Assembly (NCBI GenBank): GCA_030674455.1
Contig: JAUSGQ010000027.1
Location: 18,786-82,785 of the forward strand
Direction: 5' to 3'
DNA length: 64,000 nt
DNA from: a bacterium
GTDB lineage: Bacteria; Patescibacteriota; Minisyncoccia; Phycocordibacterales; UBA2100
The position numbers and the translations under genes were made by a program. Below the pieces are notes generated by a model, which worked only from the letters and a program-made list of their open reading frames with translations, had not been told where the DNA came from and did not search any database. This document shows positions 28,073-35,811 of this stretch, piece after piece. Each line of letters opens with the position of its first letter. Position 1 is the first letter of the stretch.

Positions 28073-29719
28073 TTAATTAAGTCTTTTGATAACATCTTTA
28101 TCAACTCGAATCCCACTTAGTCGGTTCTTATCTATCCATCTTAGGAATTCAGATGGTCGCATTGGTTTTCCCGCAAAGCGATTGGCCCAAAGGAAGTAGC
28201 ATTGCTTTCGAGTGCGCGTTAGAGCTACAAGGAACCTAAAAATTTCCAGTTCTTTTATGTTGTTTGGATCTCTAGGGAGGTCGCCATTATGCAACCCAAC
28301 AATAAATACAAATTGAGCAGAAAGGCCTTTGGCACCCTCGTAAGAGGTTAATTTTATAGTTGGCTGCTCCGATTCGTGTTGAGTTGCGACAATTTCCACT
28401 GGCTTTTCCCACTTTTCAGCCTCTGAAAGCAAAGCGTCTCTATAACTTGCTTCTATCTCGTCGAACAGTGGTTTTTGATGCTTTACTGCTTTTTCGAGCG
28501 CGCTTCGAGAAAAATTAGGGTTATCTGCTTCAAGGGCAATACGCCATCCGATATTAGAATTCGGGTTTTCTTTAAGGTAAGGCAATGCCATTGAATGAGT
28601 TATCTTGGTGGTTTCTTCCCCACCTGCACGATAATCAATTATAAATCCCTCATCTTGCAGATGTTTGGCAATCTGGGATAGATACTGTTTTGGTCCTATT
28701 ACCAAAGCAGTGGGGAATTTATCTTTGATGGATTCGGTTATATATTCTTTAGGAATCTTTTTGATTATATGCGCCACGGTTCGTCCGAGGTAATTTGTTT
28801 TGAGTTGTTGGGCTGAAATTTCCAGCACCTTGATTTTAGGGTGAGCCGTACTGTCTTTCCGTCTGTAAGGTTCAAAATATTTGTATGGCTTATCTATACG
28901 TCCGGGCAGAAGCTTTTTCTGCTTAGCAACCTCAATTACATCCGCGAATGAATTTACAATAACTTCGGGGCAACGGAGGCAAAAAGGTAATTCACAATTC
29001 TCAAACTCATCAGCTCGCCATAAATGTCGGATGAATTCGTAGCTGGCACCTTTAAGTTGACTATAAAGGGCTTGGTCATCATCTCCAGCAACAGCAATGG
29101 AATTATCTAAACTCAAAAGATCTATCAAACTTACTTCAAGCCGGTTGAAATCTTGATATTCATCAACCAACACAAGTTTGTATCGTGGAACTTTAACTTT
29201 ACCAGTGGAATAAACGGAATGAACTCTGAAAATAGAGTCATCAAAACTGACCGTATCATAGTAATTTGAGCGAGATAGATAAAAATCCGATTCTGCGTTT
29301 TCTAATGTATTGCGCATATTTCCCACAAATTTCGGGGCTTCTTTTGTATGTAGAATTTCCCAATCTCTTTTTATCAAGGTTGGTAAGTTGGGAAAAATCT
29401 TGAATTTTTCTGACAACCCCTCCCGAAGGTTAGGATTTTCGTGTAGAAGCTTTACGCAATAACCATGAAATGTGAAAACTTGGGCAAGATGACCCAGTTT
29501 TTCATCTAGCTCGTCCTTTAAGTTATTTATAAAAGTTAAGACAAGCTGACTCCTTGCCCCGTCGTTATTTTTCTCAAGCAATTCTTTAAATAATGTTGTC
29601 TTTCCGGCTCCAGGACCTGCTAGTATTACTTTTTTGGGGTGGTCCGAAATAACAATTTTTTTGATTGCCGCCTTAAGCTCTTCTTCCATATTTGCGGACG
29701 TATGCTTCAGTTCAGCCAT
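28073..29719 (-). CDS. UvrD/Rep-like SF1 helicase
   Basis: AGPGAGKTT, VDEYQD, GDDDQALY, AKGL, VALTRTR. Confidence 0.88.
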   Translation of the reverse strand: MAELKHTSANMEEELKAAIKKIVISDHPKKVILAGPGAGKTTLFKELLEKNNDGARSQLVLTFINNLKDELDEKLGHLAQVFTFHGYCVKLLHENPNLREGLSEKFKIFPNLPTLIKRDWEILHTKEAPKFVGNMRNTLENAESDFYLSRSNYYDTVSFDDSIFRVHSVYSTGKVKVPRYKLVLVDEYQDFNRLEVSLIDLLSLDNSIAVAGDDDQALYSQLKGASYEFIRHLWRADEFENCELPFCLRCPEVIVNSFADVIEVAKQKKLLPGRIDKPYKYFEPYRRKDSTAHPKIKVLEISAQQLKTNYLGRTVAHIIKKIPKEYITESIKDKFPTALVIGPKQYLSQIAKHLQDEGFIIDYRAGGEETTKITHSMALPYLKENPNSNIGWRIALEADNPNFSRSALEKAVKHQKPLFDEIEASYRDALLSEAEKWEKPVEIVATQHESEQPTIKLTSYEGAKGLSAQFVFIVGLHNGDLPRDPNNIKELEIFRFLVALTRTRKQCYFLWANRFAGKPMRPSEFLRWIDKNRLSGIRVDKDVIKRLN

Positions 29720-29721
29720 AC

Positions 29722-29928
29722 CTATTTGACCAGATCCTTAATGGGCACACCGAGCGTTCTTGCTATTTTCACGATTGTTGCAAGTGTCGGATTTGTCTTT
29801 CCGTTTTCTATGTTGCTGATAAAACTTCGTGCCAATTTGAGTGAACGGGAAATGTCCCCCTGCGTAATACCTTTCTCCATTCGGAGTCGCTTCATGTTTC
29901 GTCCGAACGCCTGCGACTCTTTGCTCAT
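29722..29928 (-). CDS. XRE-family HTH regulator
   Basis: LRMEKGITQGDIS..SFISNIENGKTNPTL; divergent from the recombinase. Confidence 0.9.
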   Translation of the reverse strand: MSKESQAFGRNMKRLRMEKGITQGDISRSLKLARSFISNIENGKTNPTLATIVKIARTLGVPIKDLVK

Positions 29929-29986
29929 GCATTTTAGTATATAGACAGATATGTTGAAAGGTAATAGTATGTTATATGATACTACT

Positions 29987-31510
29987 ATGACCCATTTCCT
30001 CTACGCACGCAAAAGCACCGATGTTGAGGACAAGCAAGTCCTTTCTATTGAAGCGCAACTTTTTGAGTTGCGCGCGCTCGCGCGAGAAAATAATTTGGAA
30101 ATTGCCGCGGAGTTTGTTGAAAAGCAATCGGCGAAAATGCCTGGCCGTCCTATTTTCAATGACATGACGGCACGAATACAAAAAGGTGAAGCACAAGGAA
30201 TCATTTGTTGGAAACTTGATCGTCTCGCGCGCAATCCAGTGGACGGCGGGCAGATTAGTTGGTTTTTGCAAAACGGCATCATCGCACACATTCAGACGCA
30301 CGACCGCGCGTATTATTCCGCCGACAATGTTTTGATGATGTCGGTGGAATTCGGTATGGCGAATCAATATGTGCGCGACCTTGCGACGAACACCGCGCGT
30401 GGCTTACGACAGAAAGCGCGACAAGGTGTATATCCGGGCCAAGCGCCACTCGGATATTTGAATGACCCGCGTACAAAAACTATTGCGGTAGACCGCAAAA
30501 AATCCAAAATCGTGCGCGCCGCTTTTGAGCTGTACGCTCAAAACGGCTCGCGTTTAGAAGATGTCTCGCACTTTCTTTTCGATAATGGTATTACTACAAA
30601 AGCGACGAACCGATGGAAAAGTAGCGGAGAGAGGCCGCTGAAAAAAGACCAAGCAAAATTGATACTCACGAATTCTTTTTATTACGGCCACTTTCGCTAT
30701 GCCGGAGAAATGTACGAGGGAAAGCATACGCCGATTGTTTCCAAAGAGCTTTTTGACAAAGTGCAAAAAGTTTTAGCTCTGCGCGGCAAAGTACAACGGC
30801 ACACAAAAGAGCCGCAGGCTCTTTGTGGCCTTTTGAAATGCGGAGAGTGCGGATGTTCTATCACAGCCGAGGTGCAGACGAAGAAAAGCGGGAGACAATA
30901 TATTTACTACCACTGCACCAAAAAGCGCGGAGTATGTGATGGGGCATACATACGCGAAGAAACACTCGATACGCAACTCTCCGAGCTGCTGTCGCGTTTT
31001 CACTTGCCGCCCGCGTGGGCGAGTGAATTACAGAAAATGACGGAGCGCGACGAGGCAGAAGCCACTCAAACTACGGCGGCGTCTGTTCAAGAAATGCGAG
31101 CAAAGATTGCCGAGTTGGACGGCAAAATTGCTCGCATCACCGACCTCTTTGTGGAGCAGGATATTGAGCGCGGCGAGTATCTTGAAAGGAAACGCGCGCT
31201 GATGTCCGAAAAGAAGTCGCTACAAGAGCGTTCGCTCTTGCTTGAACGGAACGCCACCGTGTGGCTCGAACCCATGCGCAAGTGGATAAACGACGCTTCA
31301 ATGCTTGAAGAAATAGCAAAATCCCAAGACCTCCCCTCCAAAAAATCCTCCCTCCAAAAAATCTTCGGCTCGAACCTCACCCTCCACGCGCGCGAAGCGC
31401 GCGGAATGCCCCAACCACACTGGTTTTCTTTGTCCCGCGCCAAAGAAAACCAGCCGAAATCCGACCTTGTCTCTTGTGTTGTGCCGGGAGAGGGACTTGA
31501 ACCCTCATGA
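29987..31510 (+). CDS. Large serine recombinase (resolvase + recombinase + Zn ribbon + coiled coil)
   Basis: YARKS, WKLDRLARN, APLGY, YYG, CGECG..YYHC; C-terminus reads through antisense tRNA-Leu. Confidence 0.93.
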   Translation: MTHFLYARKSTDVEDKQVLSIEAQLFELRALARENNLEIAAEFVEKQSAKMPGRPIFNDMTARIQKGEAQGIICWKLDRLARNPVDGGQISWFLQNGIIAHIQTHDRAYYSADNVLMMSVEFGMANQYVRDLATNTARGLRQKARQGVYPGQAPLGYLNDPRTKTIAVDRKKSKIVRAAFELYAQNGSRLEDVSHFLFDNGITTKATNRWKSSGERPLKKDQAKLILTNSFYYGHFRYAGEMYEGKHTPIVSKELFDKVQKVLALRGKVQRHTKEPQALCGLLKCGECGCSITAEVQTKKSGRQYIYYHCTKKRGVCDGAYIREETLDTQLSELLSRFHLPPAWASELQKMTERDEAEATQTTAASVQEMRAKIAELDGKIARITDLFVEQDIERGEYLERKRALMSEKKSLQERSLLLERNATVWLEPMRKWINDASMLEEIAKSQDLPSKKSSLQKIFGSNLTLHAREARGMPQPHWFSLSRAKENQPKSDLVSCVVPGEGLEPS

Positions 31511-31565
31511 GCTTGCGCTCGAACGATCTTGAGTCGTTTGCGTCTGCCAATTCCGCCATCCCGGC
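31482..31565 (-). tRNA. tRNA-Leu(CAA)
   Basis: GCCGGGA/TCCCGGC stem; loop CTCAAGA; long variable arm. Confidence 0.93.
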
Positions 31566-31693
31566 CTCGCCCCTCATAGCTTTAGCGACGTGGGGCAATA
31601 CCGAACATAATACCTATTAAAGCTCATTTTGTAAGTCCTACCGCACAGCAATCCATACTGTATACAGCATACAGAATACTGTATACTTTACTC

Positions 31694-32656
31694 ATGTCGG
31701 GTTACTACAGCGATTCAATATTTTGGGTTGAGGTGGACCGAATCAAGCCGAATCCATTCCAGCCGCGCAAGGCGTTTGATGAAGCGGCTCTTGCCTCGCT
31801 CGCCGAATCAATCCGTCAATATGGCGTGCTTCAACCGCTCACGGTAACGCGAAAAGAAATCGAACGGCCCGGAGAGGGGATATTTGTCGAGTACGAACTT
31901 ATCGCCGGAGAGCGGCGCCTCCGCGCATCAAAGCTCGCGGGGCTCACGCAGCTACCCGTTGTCATACGCACGTCGGAGTATAGCGACCGCATGAAGCTTG
32001 AGCTCGCAATCATAGAAAACTTACAGCGAGAAGACTTGAATGCGATTGACCGCGCGGTTGCGTTTAACCGCCTTGTAACTGAATTCGGATTAAAGCATGT
32101 GGACATCGGCAAGCGTGTCGGCAAGAGCCGTGAGTATGTCTCGAATACATTGCGCATTCTCGCGTTGCCGAAGGATATGCAGGATGCACTCGGGGCAGGC
32201 GATATAACAGAGGGCCACACACGGCCGCTGCTCATGCTTGTGGACCGCGTCGAGATGCAAAAAACATTGTTTCAGGAAATCATGACGCGCAAACTCACCG
32301 TGCGCGATGCCGAACAAGTGGCGCGCCGCATTGCGACGGAGCGGACTCGTAAAGCCGACCTTACGCCTGAATTAATGCTTCTTGAACGCGAGCTGACGGA
32401 AAAGTTGGGGACGCGAGTTCGCATAGAAAAGAAAGACCAGGGCGGAAAAGTGCTGATAGATTTCTTTTCGGTAGACGATTTAGTTCACATACGCGAAATC
32501 TTTACGCGCCAACAGGTGAAAGAAATCATAGCCGAAGAGAAGGCGGCGCAAACGGAAGCTCCGGCAATTATCGCAGAAGTAGAACAGGTGGCTGTCGCAC
32601 CACAGCCGGAGCGGGAAGAAGATGACCTGTACTCAATCAAGAATTTCACCGTCTAG
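31694..32656 (+). CDS. parB: ParB/Spo0J partition protein
   Basis: PNPFQPRK, GVLQP, IAGERRLRA, IENLQREDLN, HTH. Confidence 0.93.
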   Translation: MSGYYSDSIFWVEVDRIKPNPFQPRKAFDEAALASLAESIRQYGVLQPLTVTRKEIERPGEGIFVEYELIAGERRLRASKLAGLTQLPVVIRTSEYSDRMKLELAIIENLQREDLNAIDRAVAFNRLVTEFGLKHVDIGKRVGKSREYVSNTLRILALPKDMQDALGAGDITEGHTRPLLMLVDRVEMQKTLFQEIMTRKLTVRDAEQVARRIATERTRKADLTPELMLLERELTEKLGTRVRIEKKDQGGKVLIDFFSVDDLVHIREIFTRQQVKEIIAEEKAAQTEAPAIIAEVEQVAVAPQPEREEDDLYSIKNFTV

Positions 32657-32673
32657 TCATTCGAAACCCGACC

Positions 32674-32711
32674 TCCTCATTCTAACGTTTTGCAAAACGT
32701 TAGAATGAGGA
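32674..32711. repeat. Palindrome family P1
   Basis: TCCTCATTCTAACGTTTTGCAAAACGTTAGAATGAGGA. Confidence 0.8.
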
Positions 32712-32729
32712 AGATTGTCTTGCAGTTTT

Positions 32730-34277
32730 TTACGTTTTTTTCATCGCCGCGAGCGCCGCGCGGATGTGTTTTTTTGCCATGCTGGTCTTTGCTATGTCGT
32801 GCCATTTGCGCGTGGGGTGAGCGGAAGGTTTTGTGATTACTTCAACCATGTCGCCGTTGCGAAGAGCGGTATCAAGCGAGACCATTTTCCCGTTAACGAG
32901 TGCGCCCGACATTTTATTCCCGAGGTCGGAATGTATCGCATAGGCGAAATCGATGGGAGTCGCGGCCAAAGGCAAGTCAATAACGTCGCCCTTCGGAGTA
33001 AAGACGAAAACCCGGTGGCTGAAGAAGTCGCTTTTGAGCGTATCCATATACTCGTCCGATTTTTCGGGTTCGTGTTGCGCGTGTGCAAGCTCTTTCACCC
33101 ACGAAGGAACGGCGACGGAGCGCTTGCCGCTCTGCACTGTAGCCGGCGCGGGAACATCTTTTGCTTTTCCGATGCGGGGTAGAAATTGGCGCATCCATTC
33201 TAGGCCTCCACTTTTTGTCTGCGTTGGATTATTTTGAGATTCTTTGTATGCCAAGTGCGAGGCGATGCCGTAGAGCGCCTCTTTGTGCATATCTTCTGTG
33301 CGCAATTGGATTTCCAATGCGCCCCCATCGCCGGTGTAAATCGTCGTGTGAATACTTTGGTAGCCGTTGGGTTTTGGAAACGCAATGTAATCTTTGATTT
33401 TTCCGGGAACCGGCCGCCAGTGTCCGTGGATTATTCCAAGCGCGGTGTAACATTCCGCAACCGTAGGGAAAATGACGCGTAAAGCGCGCATGTCGTAAAT
33501 CGTGCCGAAATCCCACTTCTTTCGCTCCAATTTTTTGTAAAGACTGTAGAAACCTTTTAGGCGCGCTTCCGTGCGGAAATTTCGAAGGTTTGCTTCGGCA
33601 AATTCACGCTTCAAGTCGTGCTCCGTTTTTTCCAGTCGTTTTTCATTCTCGCTTTTCCTTTCTGTAAACGCTTCACGCGTCTTCTCGTATTCTTTCGGGT
33701 ATGCATGCGGAAAGGCGGCATCTTCAAGCTCTTGTTTGGCGACGCTCATACCGAGCCGGTCGGCAATTGGAGCGTAAATCTCAAGAGTTTCGAGAGCGAT
33801 TCGTTTTCGCTTGTCATCGCGCGGCACATGCTCAAGGGTTCTCGCATTGTGCAGGCGGTCCATCAGCTTGATGATAAGCACGCGTATGTCCTGCGCGGTC
33901 GCGGCAAAAAGTTTTCGTAAAGATTCTGTGTGGCGTTCCATTCCGCGATAGCGCAAAGCGCCGAGTTTTGTAACGCCCTGCACGAGTTTTAATACTTCTT
34001 TCCCGCACAACTCTTCGATTGCCTTTGGGGTAACGCCCGCATCCTCGATGGTGTCGTGCAAAAGCCCTGCCGCGACTGCCTGCGCATCCACTCCCGCAGT
34101 GGCAAGCAAGAAGCCGACTTCAGCCGTGTGAACGAAGTAGGGGTCGCCGGAATAGCGCTTCTGGTCTTTGTGAGCCGTTTCTGTGAATTCGTATGCTTTT
34201 GTAACCATCGCGATATCTCCCGCATCTTTGCTGGACATTGCGCCGAGGATATCTGAAAGTGGCCGAGCTTTTAGCAT
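32730..34277 (-). CDS. RelA/SpoT (p)ppGpp synthetase/hydrolase (HD + SYN + TGS)
   Basis: LLHDTIED, DRLHNART, KDYIAFPKPNGYQSIHT, EIQLRT, VFTPKG..TPIDFAY. Confidence 0.93.
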   Translation of the reverse strand: MLKARPLSDILGAMSSKDAGDIAMVTKAYEFTETAHKDQKRYSGDPYFVHTAEVGFLLATAGVDAQAVAAGLLHDTIEDAGVTPKAIEELCGKEVLKLVQGVTKLGALRYRGMERHTESLRKLFAATAQDIRVLIIKLMDRLHNARTLEHVPRDDKRKRIALETLEIYAPIADRLGMSVAKQELEDAAFPHAYPKEYEKTREAFTERKSENEKRLEKTEHDLKREFAEANLRNFRTEARLKGFYSLYKKLERKKWDFGTIYDMRALRVIFPTVAECYTALGIIHGHWRPVPGKIKDYIAFPKPNGYQSIHTTIYTGDGGALEIQLRTEDMHKEALYGIASHLAYKESQNNPTQTKSGGLEWMRQFLPRIGKAKDVPAPATVQSGKRSVAVPSWVKELAHAQHEPEKSDEYMDTLKSDFFSHRVFVFTPKGDVIDLPLAATPIDFAYAIHSDLGNKMSGALVNGKMVSLDTALRNGDMVEVITKPSAHPTRKWHDIAKTSMAKKHIRAALAAMKKT

Positions 34278-34415
34278 CTAATGATGATACGCCGGTCCCC
34301 ATTACAGGTCAAAGAATTAGGCATAGAAGATGAAAAATACTTTAACTTTATTCACATAGCGCGGATGGCAAAAAGGCGTAGAACACCATATAATACTAAG
34401 AGTATTTCAGAGAAT

Positions 34416-35510
34416 ATGCCGCCCAATAAATATCTCATAAATGCTCTAGTTGTGTTATTTGGATTCGGTTTGCTTTTTTTGCTGAACAGGATTGATCCGG
34501 CTCTTTCTATTGCGGTAAATTCAACTTCTCAACTTGCGCAAGCAGGGATGGTTGACGAATATGGCTACACCTACCCATGGGTAGATAATTTCAGCAGCGA
34601 TAATTTCTACCCTGCCACCGTTGATTACGGGTATTCACAGAACAATGTCGATCTCGGATCTGACGGCTCGTATCCTTTTACGAATTCGCCCGAAAATTTG
34701 CAAACGCAGATACCTTGGGAAAATGGCTTTGCCCCGGATTCTTATTCTTATTTACAGTCGCCGGATCTGAACAATCAGAGTTGGACTGACAAAGCCGGCA
34801 CTGATCTTTCAGCCAATGTCGAAAGCGCGTCGAATCAAAATGTAAACTACCAAGATGCGTATAGCTTATACGGATCGCCATCAAACGACATTACGCAGCG
34901 GGATTTAGGGACATACGGTCTTGGTTATTCGAGCTACGTTCCTCCTGCTAAATCAACGTGGGATAACAGTTTCTTTCAAAGTTGGTTCTCTCCAGGTACA
35001 GAGATTGCTCCTTCGGGTACATTTACAAACATAACAGACAATTCGGATGTAATAGGGGGAGGAGCTAAAGATGATAGAAATCTACTATTATATCTGTCTG
35101 ATCGATACTCGCTCATTCCACCCGGTTACTCGGATACTGATAAACAACCTACAGCCGACTTTTCTGGAGAAACCAATTGGATAACTTTGTCTGGAGAAAC
35201 CAGTTCGATTACTCCAGTTGAGAATCGACTGAATCTTCCTGATTTACCGACGGCTAGCGATTCCATTGTGGATAAAATTCGCGGTGGACTCGAGAGATTT
35301 GGAAGTCTCTATAAAAGCCGTACTGAAAGCGAACAACCGGCGACATTCTTTAATTCGCCAGCTTCTTCTCCGACATCTGTTGGCAGGAACAACTTATATG
35401 AAGTGACAAATGGCGCTTACACCACGGGTATAAGAAAGGTGGAGGGTGGCGCAATGCTTCAATTTGGATGGCAGACGGATGCATTCTTTAGTCCGGTAAA
35501 AAAGAAGTGA
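34416..35510 (+). CDS. Hypothetical membrane-anchored S/T/D/N/Y-rich protein
   Basis: N-terminal TM followed by low-complexity sequence. Confidence 0.6.
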   Translation: MPPNKYLINALVVLFGFGLLFLLNRIDPALSIAVNSTSQLAQAGMVDEYGYTYPWVDNFSSDNFYPATVDYGYSQNNVDLGSDGSYPFTNSPENLQTQIPWENGFAPDSYSYLQSPDLNNQSWTDKAGTDLSANVESASNQNVNYQDAYSLYGSPSNDITQRDLGTYGLGYSSYVPPAKSTWDNSFFQSWFSPGTEIAPSGTFTNITDNSDVIGGGAKDDRNLLLYLSDRYSLIPPGYSDTDKQPTADFSGETNWITLSGETSSITPVENRLNLPDLPTASDSIVDKIRGGLERFGSLYKSRTESEQPATFFNSPASSPTSVGRNNLYEVTNGAYTTGIRKVEGGAMLQFGWQTDAFFSPVKKK

Positions 35511-35614
35511 GGGGGAAGGAAGGCTTCCCGGGTTCGCGGCTCGCCCTGCTGGGCGAGCATCGCACCGCCTCAAAAAAACTATTGGAGCACGCAACGCAGG
35601 TTGCGCGCTCCTGT

Positions 35615-35695
35615 CTACTTTTTAGCGAGTTTGTCGGGACGGTGGTTGGGACACTGCTTATTACTGCATCTTTCAGGTATCGTTTTTGTGCCTTC
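35615..35695 (-). repeat. Displaced diverged copy of the topA 3' end
   Basis: Encodes EGTKTIPERCSNKQCPNHRPDKLAKK* vs TopA QGTKTIPERCSNKSCVNHRPDKIGKQ. Confidence 0.85.
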
Positions 35696-35749
35696 CCCAG
35701 CACTAAACTTTGGCATTGCGTTTGTGACAGTTAATCCTTTCGCGAGAAT

Positions 35750-35771
35750 ATAGGTCGATATATCGACCTAT
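35750..35771. repeat. Palindrome ATAGGKCGATATATCGMCCTAT (also 61783-61806, 62552-62575)
   Basis: Three near-identical copies. Confidence 0.75.
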
Positions 35772-35811
35772 CGGCGTTTGATGCGTTTGTCTTCCGCACA
35801 TGATGCCAAAG

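Larger units (their letters stand above)
18507..31483. mobile_element. Serine-recombinase integrative island at tRNA-Leu(CAA) 3' end carrying defence genes
   Basis: TGTG core at 18507-18510 and 31480-31483; joining them restores recombinase tail VGLYDDVRTYFSRNSD* and puts element B directly behind the tRNA; AT-richer cargo. Confidence 0.8.

Noticed and set aside
28073-29719. Complete Gabija or DISARM system
   Set aside because: No OLD/TOPRIM nuclease and no drmA/B/C genes in the island.
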